A DNA stretch of 29,576 bases, taken from IMG/VR virus record IMGVR_UViG_3300033475_000120, positions 1 through 29,576 of that record; one strand, written 5' to 3'. Positions 18,301 to 25,459 of the stretch are shown one piece after another. The number at the start of each line of letters is the position of its first letter. Within the stretch, counting starts at the first letter, position 1. This stretch comes from a virus. Taxonomy: Duplodnaviria > Caudoviricetes. Under the pieces are notes generated by a model that was given only the letters and a program-made list of their open reading frames with translations, was not told where the DNA came from and did no database searches. A program made the position numbers and the translations under genes.

Positions 18301-18489
18301 TTACTTAAATGACCTAATTTCTTTTCTCATAAGCGCTTTGCAATTTTCTGGTTTACACATAAAGTGGGCTCCTGCGTTACAGTAACTTCCTCTAATATCC
18401 CAGCATTCGTACCAGGGCTTACCAAATTCTTGCTCCATCTGCTCATTAGTTATGAACTTAGGCGGGGACTTTCTCAACTTATCCCTCAT
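18301..18489 (-). CDS. intron-1 3'-domain ORF, Cys-rich (62 aa from ATG 18489)
   Basis: GGUGGA SD-like sequence in P9; MRDKLRKSPPKF...YECWDIRGSYCNAGAHFMCKPENCK. Confidence 0.35.
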   Translation of the reverse strand: MRDKLRKSPPKFITNEQMEQEFGKPWYECWDIRGSYCNAGAHFMCKPENCKALMRKEIRSFK

Positions 18490-18751
18490 GATGATTTCCA
18501 CCATGTTCAGAGCACCGCATCTCTGTACTACAATTTTTAAACGCATGTTCAAATTGTTTATCACTAATATCGATGAGTACAGAGTCTTCTCGCTTGCTAC
18601 GTTCAGGCTGATTGAAAGATTTTTTAACCGAATCTAGTTTAGAGTCAAGTTTGTAATAACAAGCTTCACAATATTCCCCAAATGCAGGATAATACATTGG
18701 ATTTTTTATTTTGCTTTGACATTTATCGCATTCGTAAAAAAATTCTTTCAT
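18479..18751 (-). CDS. intron-1 P6 ORF (90 aa), CxxC...CxxC zinc-ribbon-like
   Basis: CDKC...CEAC; ATG at the same position as the intron-2 ORF. Confidence 0.45.
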   Translation of the reverse strand: MKEFFYECDKCQSKIKNPMYYPAFGEYCEACYYKLDSKLDSVKKSFNQPERSKREDSVLIDISDKQFEHAFKNCSTEMRCSEHGGNHHEG

Positions 18752-18832
18752 TCTTGCCCCTTGTCACGATCGTCTTTACGCTACCGCTTCCAAGTCTATC
18801 AGAGAAGATTTAAAGACCCCATATTTTTGTTT

Positions 18833-19144
18833 AGGGTCTTGGTTTTGTAAGGTAACTTGCTCGTTCAATTGAACATAAGTCCCGTAAAACGAAATCTGGG
18901 CGTCAATGTCTACAGCGGTTAGATTTTGCGCTGGAGGTGTGATACCAGAGTTTCCTAGTGGAACCATTGCGGTATTGAGAGGATTATATCTACGCATACG
19001 AAGTGTATTACCACCGTTGCGAGGCATATTCTTCTTCATCGCAGGGATTTTGTGAATCATGTTAGGTACAGGCACTGAGAGCAGCTTGTAACTAAAGGAT
19101 TGCTGCACTGGCGATGGCAGAATACTTGTAGTAGTTATAGCCAT
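18833..19144 (-). CDS. major capsid protein exon 1 (104 aa), N4 gp56-like family
   Basis: AGGAG RBS; MPRNGGNTLRMRRYNPL...GITP...YG.YV motifs; downstream of scaffold. Confidence 0.88.
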
Positions 19145-19179
19145 TGTTGGCTCCTAAACTAAAAGAAATGTTGTGATTT

Positions 19180-19278
19180 AATGAAGCTGACGAAGCTACA
19201 TTGCGTCCTCGGAAGGCCAATCCCGATTTGGGCCCGATAGGATAAGGGTGCAGTGAACGGAGGTCTGCATTTGCGTTC
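19180..19278 (-). ncRNA. MCP 5' leader with three tandem H-type pseudoknots (predicted)
   Basis: Three modules sharing S1-CAA(A)-S2-loop[S1']-S2' with compensatory changes. Confidence 0.6.
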
Positions 19279-19284
19279 GGGGCT

Positions 19285-19313
19285 ATAGTATCTTATTTTC
19301 TTAAAATATCCAA
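19285..19313 (-). promoter_or_regulatory. putative sigma70 promoter of the capsid operon
   Basis: TTGGAT(19313-08)-17-TACTAT(19290-85); predicted +1 near 19278. Confidence 0.55.
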
Positions 19314-19529
19314 CATCATCGTATCAAAGGTTGCTGCATCATCACTACCCTGATCTCCTCGCAACCATATAATCGCAATGGTCACCAGCGCAGCTATCGT
19401 TGCTATCCTGATTTTCATTTCGTCATTTTCTTTCTGGATTTCTAGTTCAACGCGTGCTTTTTCCTGTTCTTTGGATATGCCATGCAAAGAAGGACATAAT
19501 AAAAGGGCTGAAAGAAGATATGCCTTCAT
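19293..19529 (-). CDS. small membrane protein with N-terminal signal-like segment (78 aa)
   Basis: GGAG RBS before ATG 19529; MKAYLLSALLLC... and TM IATIAALVTIAIIWL. Confidence 0.65.
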   Translation of the reverse strand: MKAYLLSALLLCPSLHGISKEQEKARVELEIQKENDEMKIRIATIAALVTIAIIWLRGDQGSDDAATFDTMMLDILRK

Positions 19530-19530
19530 G

Positions 19531-19695
19531 TTATTTCTCCAGTAAAAGCATGATAAATTTATCAAAACTGAGGCCAAGTTGGGAGCTACCCATATATATA
19601 GCATACAGGGTGACTAATGATGCGATGACGGCGAGCTTTACTTTGGTGGCGTTGGATTGTTTAAGTTGTTCAAGGGTGGGCTTTTTGTCATTCAT
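19531..19695 (-). CDS. small single-TM protein (54 aa, not in ORF track), holin-like candidate
   Basis: AAGGAGGT RBS; MNDKKPTLEQLKQSNATKVKLAVIASLVTLYAIYMGSSQLGLSFDKFIMLLLEK. Confidence 0.7.
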   Translation of the reverse strand: MNDKKPTLEQLKQSNATKVKLAVIASLVTLYAIYMGSSQLGLSFDKFIMLLLEK

Positions 19696-19757
19696 AGTAC
19701 CTCCTTGCATAAGTGATATATAAAAAGCATGCCATTCATTCCTGAAAAAACAAGCAT

Positions 19758-19795
19758 AAAAAACCCAAGAGAGAAAATTGTCAAACTCTCTTGGG
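19758..19795 (-). terminator. intrinsic terminator after endolysin
   Basis: CCCAAGAGAG/CTCTCTTGGG stem plus U6. Confidence 0.75.
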
Positions 19796-19846
19796 CGTAA
19801 CGTACATAATGCTTAAAGGAGTCAAAAGCAATTATGTAAAAGCAGT

Positions 19847-20185
19847 TTATAAATCTTGCATCTCAAAATGGTTAGCATCCCCACGTTTAAACTTTCTGCC
19901 ATTACGGTTTAAAGGATGCAAGGTCTCCCAATATATCCCAAATTGTTCGTATTCTTTGGGATCGGTAATGTACAATCCATCAGCAGTCAGCAAATTAAGA
20001 TCAACAGCCAATCGTTTACAATGTAAACTATCAGCAATGCCTATGCCTTTTTTTGCATCAAGTTGCGCCTGTTCGGCAGTTCTAAATGCTTCACCAAAAG
20101 TAACCAGATAATTTTTACTGTGAATGTACTGCAATAACGTAGCTACGTTTTGTGCAAAAAGCGCTTGTTTTTGAGCGAGTGTCAT
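19847..20185 (-). CDS. M15-family zinc peptidase endolysin (L-Ala-D-Glu peptidase-like)
   Basis: GEAFRT..Q, SLHCKRLAVD (SxHxxxxAxD) and DANHFE (DxxH) motifs. Confidence 0.85.
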   Translation of the reverse strand: MTLAQKQALFAQNVATLLQYIHSKNYLVTFGEAFRTAEQAQLDAKKGIGIADSLHCKRLAVDLNLLTADGLYITDPKEYEQFGIYWETLHPLNRNGRKFKRGDANHFEMQDL

Positions 20186-21039
20186 TATCTATTCCTATAC
20201 TGATTCATCTCACGTAACATTTGTGCTTTCAACTCATCGGTTAATGGTCCCTTAGCAAATGCATTAACTTTACTCATAGGAGATTCTGATTGTTGAGGAT
20301 TTAATACTGCTGAAGGCTTAGGCTTAGATACATTTTTGTGAATGATTGCTTTTTCCTCTTCAAATGATTCAGTATCCCCGTTAATGCCAAGCTTCTTAAT
20401 CATGGTATAAGCAGATACTGCCTTCGAATATAAATCAGAAGAAGAGTTAATCGTGCTCGCAATCTCAGGGTATGCAAGGCGTAATGACTCTAAATTGTCA
20501 CGAGACACTACCGAATCAAAATCTGGATACTGAGTCTTTAAGCGTAATTCTGTTGCTTGTAGCGAAGATTGCTGTTGGTATTGGTGCAGTTGTTGTTCAA
20601 GCTTTTTAATATGCTTGCTTACTTTGGATAAATGTTTTCCTTCAACCAGCGCATCTGCATCAACTGATATCTCTTCTTCCTCTTCTTCTTGCGGCTGTTG
20701 CTGAGCCTTAAGTTCCTGTGCGGCTTGTAATGCTGCTTCAAGTTCAGCGGCTCTTTTTTCAGCGGCTAATGCCTTTTCTCTGAGCTTTTTCCATGATTCT
20801 TGCGGAGCTGATGGTTTTTTTTCAGAGGCATTTTGTATTGGTTCTGGTTGTTTTTCAGGGGTTGATTCTTCAGGTTGCTGCGCATCAAGTGTTTCAAGCA
20901 CAGATTGATCTTGATCTGGTTGCGCTTCCTGTTGTGGTTCAGGTTGATCCAAAGCGTCTGCTGCAGCATTAAGTTGATTCTTAAGTTCTGGTTGTGCAAC
21001 AACATTGCCATCTTTGTCGTATTTAATTTCAAATGCCAT
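20185..21039 (-). CDS. capsid scaffolding protein (284 aa)
   Basis: Acidic, Q/E-rich coiled coil between portal and MCP. Confidence 0.7.
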   Translation of the reverse strand: MAFEIKYDKDGNVVAQPELKNQLNAAADALDQPEPQQEAQPDQDQSVLETLDAQQPEESTPEKQPEPIQNASEKKPSAPQESWKKLREKALAAEKRAAELEAALQAAQELKAQQQPQEEEEEEISVDADALVEGKHLSKVSKHIKKLEQQLHQYQQQSSLQATELRLKTQYPDFDSVVSRDNLESLRLAYPEIASTINSSSDLYSKAVSAYTMIKKLGINGDTESFEEEKAIIHKNVSKPKPSAVLNPQQSESPMSKVNAFAKGPLTDELKAQMLREMNQYRNR

Positions 21040-21518
21040 TAGTTCTCCAATTCAGGTGAAGTTAAATCTTTTTCGCCATTTAATTCTTTAGCCAATTTAA
21101 ATAACGTGCCATCTTGAAATGCCACTACATATTTAAGTAACCCGCGTTCTTCGTCCGCCACATATTGATGATTTTTAATAAGATAGATGCACGCATCACG
21201 CGATGGAATGACCCACATAAAAATAGGTGCATTGTCCTTACGCTTAAATTTGTATACAGTCTGATCATAATCGGGAGTGGGGCAAGATAAACGCCCATAA
21301 AAGAAATTACGAAAGACATTGGGCATAAGTTTCTCGTTCTTGGTAATCACCACTATATAGAAGTCACCAACAAAATCCTTCTTACACCGTTCTACACATT
21401 CCCATATATTGGCTTCGTAGTCAGTCAGATTCTCTCGCATCTGTTCGATAGGGGATTTCGTATCGGGTGTTTTTATTATAAGATCGGATGATACTTTACC
21501 AACTGTCTCTCGTGTCAT
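21039..21518 (-). CDS. hypothetical protein (159 aa)
   Basis: AAGGAG RBS; coupled to scaffold; RLSCPTPDYDQTVY motif. Confidence 0.8.
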   Translation of the reverse strand: MTRETVGKVSSDLIIKTPDTKSPIEQMRENLTDYEANIWECVERCKKDFVGDFYIVVITKNEKLMPNVFRNFFYGRLSCPTPDYDQTVYKFKRKDNAPIFMWVIPSRDACIYLIKNHQYVADEERGLLKYVVAFQDGTLFKLAKELNGEKDLTSPELEN

Positions 21519-21555
21519 GCTGCTCCTTTAGTTCCAATTACCGCCCCATAATACG

Positions 21556-21588
21556 AAAAAACCGAACCACAAGCAAGTCATGGTTCGG
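21556..21588 (-). terminator. intrinsic terminator
   Basis: CCGAACCA/TGGTTCGG stem plus U6 on minus strand. Confidence 0.7.
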
Positions 21589-21612
21589 CCCGAAAGATAA
21601 GTAATGCCCTTT

Positions 21613-21921
21613 TTATTTCTTTTTGCGCTTGCCGGCTTTTAATCCTTTGCGACGCGCTTCAGATATGCCAATAGCAATTGCTTGTTTGGGTGATTCTACC
21701 ACAGGACCCTTTTTAGATCCAGAATGTAATTCACCCTTATCAAATTCTTTCATCACTTTGTGAATTTTTTTCTCAGCTTTTTTGCTGTATTTATTCTTTT
21801 TGTGATGATCTTTTTTCTTAGGCTCGTGCTTCTTATGTTCTTCTTTATGTTCTTTTTTTTCGTGATCCTTTTTGCGCTTCATATTGGCAAGCGGAAGACC
21901 ACGTATTTTTTTATGCTTCAT
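21613..21921 (-). CDS. highly basic DUF6496-like protein (102 aa)
   Basis: KKIHKVMKEFDKGELHSGSKKGPVVESPKQAIAIGISEARRKG motif; K/H-rich. Confidence 0.75.
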   Translation of the reverse strand: MKHKKIRGLPLANMKRKKDHEKKEHKEEHKKHEPKKKDHHKKNKYSKKAEKKIHKVMKEFDKGELHSGSKKGPVVESPKQAIAIGISEARRKGLKAGKRKKK

Positions 21922-21929
21922 AGCGTTCC

Positions 21930-22079
21930 TTAGCGCACCCGCGCTGTTTCCTCAAATACTAAACGATTCTCGACCTGCTTATCCTTTTTCCAGTTCTGCC
22001 TTTGTAAATTCATCGGCATCCCTAAAACAGCATAAGCAATCTTTTTGGCTTTACCCTTTGGGCGTGGCATTGCTGGCAT
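21930..22079 (-). CDS. small basic protein (49 aa, not in ORF track)
   Basis: MPAMPRPKGKAKKIAYAVLG...; exactly fills the gap between neighbours. Confidence 0.6.
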   Translation of the reverse strand: MPAMPRPKGKAKKIAYAVLGMPMNLQRQNWKKDKQVENRLVFEETARVR

Positions 22080-22081
22080 GA

Positions 22082-22288
22082 TTAATCCCATTCCGGCATA
22101 AAATAGCCGCCATCTTTAGGAAATTCATGATGTTGTGCACGACGCGGAAGATTAGCCATTGCAGAATGATCTTCACGAATCATATTAAAATCACGACGTT
22201 CTTGATTCCGACGAGGATCTTGATTGTCTGATTTAATTTTACCCGCGCGCTCAAAATGCATCTTGATAACTTGTTCTTCCATGATCAC
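22082..22288 (-). CDS. small protein, paralog of 22291..22551
   Basis: RRNQERRDFNMIREDHSAMANLP motif. Confidence 0.7.
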   Translation of the reverse strand: MIMEEQVIKMHFERAGKIKSDNQDPRRNQERRDFNMIREDHSAMANLPRRAQHHEFPKDGGYFMPEWD

Positions 22289-22290
22289 CC

Positions 22291-22551
22291 TTAGTATTTG
22301 TGGGGTTTCAAGTGTTGCATTCTCTTAGAATCATCAGCTTCCATCTGACGGTTAACGCCACGAATGGTATCATCAAGATTTTCTGGCATATATGATCCGC
22401 CGTCTGGCCATGGTTTGATCATAACTTCTTGAGGCATGTTAGCAATGGCTGATGGATTTTCACGAATCATGCCAGCGTCTTGCATCTCTTGTGTTCTGCG
22501 GCCACTCATTCCTTCATAGTGGCCTTCTCTGTGGTGATGTCTTTTAGCCAT
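22291..22551 (-). CDS. small protein (86 aa)
   Basis: AAGGAG RBS; RRTQEMQDAGMIRENPSAIANMP motif. Confidence 0.8.
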   Translation of the reverse strand: MAKRHHHREGHYEGMSGRRTQEMQDAGMIRENPSAIANMPQEVMIKPWPDGGSYMPENLDDTIRGVNRQMEADDSKRMQHLKPHKY

Positions 22552-22629
22552 GTCTGGCTCCTTCTCTGTACTGCGAACCGCATGTGCGTCGCAAGGTTGG
22601 TAATAATCCCTCTACATCAAGGGTAATCT

Positions 22630-22824
22630 TTATAAATGCTTTAATATTTCGTTAATGCCCAACTTGGCGGTATCAGTTAATTCCGTTTGATCCAAATCAA
22701 ACGATAATACCATCTGCCACTTGTTGCCGCCTTGGTTAACAAAACTGACTTCATGCTCAACATCTTCAAGAGCATCGTAAAGTTTACTGTGCGCTAACTC
22801 GGATACTAAGTCTTTTATGTTCAT
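22630..22824 (-). CDS. hypothetical protein (64 aa)
   Basis: ATGA overlap with portal stop; AAGGA RBS. Confidence 0.65.
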   Translation of the reverse strand: MNIKDLVSELAHSKLYDALEDVEHEVSFVNQGGNKWQMVLSFDLDQTELTDTAKLGINEILKHL

Positions 22825-24911
22825 TTGATTCCTTGTGATTGTAGGCCAGGTTGCTGCGCGGCTTGAGACGCCAATGCAGTTTCCGCTCCTTTCGTTGCAT
22901 TCGTTTCTTTTTCAGTAACCGATTGACTGTCTTGCATTTTAAGCATTTGCGATAAGGCGATATATTTTTCAAGGTGAGTGATGTCAAGCTCTTCAATTTC
23001 CTTAATAGCTCTAACCTTATCAAGGAGTCCAGCATCCTCATCTCGTATAGCCTGAGCGCGACGCTCAACCGCCAATGCTTGATTTTCTTCAACACGAGAT
23101 ATCCTTTCAAGGCCAAGACCTTGATCAGCTGCTGCACGTGCGCGAGCCAACTCAGCTTGTGCGTTTTGCAGATCCATTTGCTGTTGCAATTGTTGTTGCT
23201 GTACTTGTTGCGCTTGTTGTTGTTGTGCTGCTATAGCTTCTACCAATTCTTTCTTATTCTGCATCGTAGACGCATTAAGCAATACATCATCAGGAACAGG
23301 GATACCAGCTTCTCTGAGCTGCAATAACTGTGCAAATTGCATGTTTTTCTGAGTTGCGGTGTTAAGACCTTCAACGACAACTGAGTGGTATTTACCAAAT
23401 GCTTTGTTATAGAACTGTTGGGTAGGCTCTTCACCTTCTAATATCTTCTTTACTTTACCAGGCGTATAGTTTGCTTGTATCAAGTCGATGATAATATCAC
23501 CCAATTGCTTTTGCGCATAGTCCAAGTTATCAAAAAGAATCTGAAGCGTAGTCAGACCAGCACCCTGGCGTAGCATTGATAATATGCCTGCTTTGTCATC
23601 AGTCGCACTACCAAGCAGCTCTTCATTTACGCCAGATATTTGGGATATTTCTTCACCAAGCATGCGTGATAATTCAATCATGCCTGCGGGTATTCCAGGA
23701 GCCATGATTTGCTCAACATCGGTCATTTGCGCATCATCTTTCAATGCCAATCCACGACCTTGACCAGACAAGAATACGTCTTTGGGATTGACCAAAGCGT
23801 TTTCCTTGTACTTCCATCCAGAGTTGATTTGAGACTCAAGTATATCCAACTCAATAATTTTCCTGCGATTGTATAAATACTGCGAGTCACGAAGTCCGCG
23901 CACAACCCCTTGTATGCGATAGGGGTAGTAGGGCATTTGGGGATTATAGTACCCAATAACGGGCACAAAGGGCATGCGATCAATGCCTGATGGCTGGGGA
24001 CCATCGTACATAACTTTTCCCTGCACAACGAGTGCAACTTTTGTAGTGGGTACTTCTGCCTCGATCATTGTCACTGAAGGGTATTTCTTTAAGAATAACT
24101 TCAAGCGATCTGGATCTTGCCCCTTCCATTCTTGTGTCTCACCTGTTTGCGCATCAACCAGCAGTTGTTGCATGCGATAATCTTTATAATAGAACTCATC
24201 ATAGGTAAGTAAGTTAGTGTAACTCACGTTGTAATTTTCTGGCATAAACTGGAACTTTGAATCCCGTCCGGCCTGTGACTCATTACCTTGAAGTCCCAAT
24301 ATTTCATCAGCATAATCAGGCAACAGCGATATTACTTCGCGCTTGGTTAAGAACGTGCGCTTCCATATCGAGTTACAATCTGAAAAATCCATCTTGCGGA
24401 AAAATGGGTCCACCAAAAACGAGTTGTACGAACAATTATCGACTTTAATATCACCTGAGACCGGATCTTTGCGGTAATCCATGTATACCTGCAAAAAGTT
24501 CATGCCGGTTACCAACGCACCATCAAAGGAATCAGAGAGTGTATGCAATATACCTTCAGTACGCTGCAGGTAATTAAATATTTTGGTTATTTGATCGGCC
24601 GTTTGATCATCTGCATTGGACACACCTTCGCATACAAGCGATTTGCGGTTATTGCGTTGATGACCGCCAATCATATTCTTAGTTCTGCGTATACGGTTAA
24701 AATTAAACTGTGTCCGACGATTAACCGGAAGGTTGCCCCATACATCGTTCCATAACGTTTGATCGCCTGCTTCAAATCGCGTATCTAAATCGGCTTCCGA
24801 CCAAAACGATTGATTAAGGGTAATTGCTTCAGCATAAAATGCCTCCATGCGCGATAATATGGCGCGATCTTTTTCGGTATAGTAGGCAGGTGATAGTTGC
24901 GGGAAAATCAT
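22821..24911 (-). CDS. portal protein, P22 gp1-like (696 aa from ATG 24911)
   Basis: AAGGAG RBS; GDQ, FNRIR, GVVRGLRDSQ..YN motifs; Q-rich C-terminal barrel; downstream of TerL. Confidence 0.88.
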   Translation of the reverse strand: MIFPQLSPAYYTEKDRAILSRMEAFYAEAITLNQSFWSEADLDTRFEAGDQTLWNDVWGNLPVNRRTQFNFNRIRRTKNMIGGHQRNNRKSLVCEGVSNADDQTADQITKIFNYLQRTEGILHTLSDSFDGALVTGMNFLQVYMDYRKDPVSGDIKVDNCSYNSFLVDPFFRKMDFSDCNSIWKRTFLTKREVISLLPDYADEILGLQGNESQAGRDSKFQFMPENYNVSYTNLLTYDEFYYKDYRMQQLLVDAQTGETQEWKGQDPDRLKLFLKKYPSVTMIEAEVPTTKVALVVQGKVMYDGPQPSGIDRMPFVPVIGYYNPQMPYYPYRIQGVVRGLRDSQYLYNRRKIIELDILESQINSGWKYKENALVNPKDVFLSGQGRGLALKDDAQMTDVEQIMAPGIPAGMIELSRMLGEEISQISGVNEELLGSATDDKAGILSMLRQGAGLTTLQILFDNLDYAQKQLGDIIIDLIQANYTPGKVKKILEGEEPTQQFYNKAFGKYHSVVVEGLNTATQKNMQFAQLLQLREAGIPVPDDVLLNASTMQNKKELVEAIAAQQQQAQQVQQQQLQQQMDLQNAQAELARARAAADQGLGLERISRVEENQALAVERRAQAIRDEDAGLLDKVRAIKEIEELDITHLEKYIALSQMLKMQDSQSVTEKETNATKGAETALASQAAQQPGLQSQGIK

Positions 24912-25035
24912 GCGTACAGTCTCCTTAATTAAGTTATGTGCTACAAGGAATAAGGGGGGGTAAGACATGATATTTTAAACCTTGCAGCACGTGGCACTTA
25001 TTCTATGATAACAACCTACAATATCAAGAAGAAAT

Positions 25036-25068
25036 AAAAAAGGGCCAGATCCGGAGAAATCTAGCCCT
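25036..25068 (-). terminator. intrinsic terminator between accessory insert and portal
   Basis: Minus strand AGGGCUAGAU/AUCUGGCCCU stem plus U tract. Confidence 0.7.
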
Positions 25069-25087
25069 CTTTTGTATGCATCTCAAC

Positions 25088-25459
25088 TTATTGTTCTAAT
25101 GGTTCTGGGTCAGGAAGCTTGTAACGATTTACAAAATTAGTTACCCAATCAAACACATGGCGCTCATCATGATTGATTTTACTCATTAAGGTAAGTAATT
25201 CCTGAAACTGGGTAGCGATTCCATCAAACAACATGATGCGATGTTCCACAGGAATCTCCGCGTCATCGTTAATTTCATCCACAGCACACCGTAGTAACTC
25301 AACTTGATTTAATGCCCATGATGCTACATGATCTTCAAGCTCAGCGTAATTTAATCGTTTTTTCTCACGCGTCATCGTATTACCCTCGCTTAAAAAAAAA
25401 ATGAACAACGACATAAACGCCAATCCCACAAACCAACCAATTTTACTTACGTGCTTCAT
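25088..25459 (-). CDS. hypothetical protein (123 aa; possible internal start at MTREKK)
   Basis: N-terminal TM then helical domain; GAGGG precedes the internal ATG. Confidence 0.6.
   Translation of the reverse strand: MKHVSKIGWFVGLAFMSLFIFFLSEGNTMTREKKRLNYAELEDHVASWALNQVELLRCAVDEINDDAEIPVEHRIMLFDGIATQFQELLTLMSKINHDERHVFDWVTNFVNRYKLPDPEPLEQ

Larger units (their letters stand above)
18294..18832 (-). mobile_element. group I self-splicing intron 1 in MCP (539 nt)
   Basis: P1 AAGACCCU/GGGGUCUU with U.G at the splice site; P10 AAUAU/GUAUU; same P3/P4/P7 core as intron 2; P8 UCUGUACU/AGUACAGA; ends in G; removal joins QDP|VLNE in frame. Confidence 0.88.

Noticed and set aside
17816-18751. Intron ORFs as homing endonucleases
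   Set aside because: Too short and lacking LAGLIDADG, HNH or GIY-YIG motifs; heavily decayed remnants cannot be excluded without HMM searches
17770-18814. Repeated 19-30 nt blocks as a CRISPR array or DGR template/variable repeats
   Set aside because: Only two copies of several different blocks, explained by ribozyme cores; no cas or RT gene and no adenine-specific mismatches
17732-18832. Group II intron, intein or IS explanation for the capsid insertions
   Set aside because: No GUGYG/AY ends, no RT or transposase, in-frame stops exclude inteins, no terminal inverted repeats; group I P1/P3/P7/P10 and terminal G are present
18776-19144. Track ORFs 18776..19144, 18111..18296 and 17216..17689 as separate genes or a capsid pseudogene
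   Set aside because: They join in frame at precise group I splice junctions; the tails ending VFKSSLIDLE are intron read-through
22567-22625. Twister ribozyme suggested by GUAGAG
   Set aside because: Could not find the matching UAA cleavage loop and pseudoknot partners
23170-23230. CAA/CAG-rich low-complexity repeat
   Set aside because: Encodes the Q-rich coiled coil usual in P22-like portal C-termini
22784-24755. Alternative-frame and antisense ORFs within the portal, including the upstream ATG at 24968
   Set aside because: Fully overlapped by the portal; the strong AAGGAG RBS supports the start at 24911
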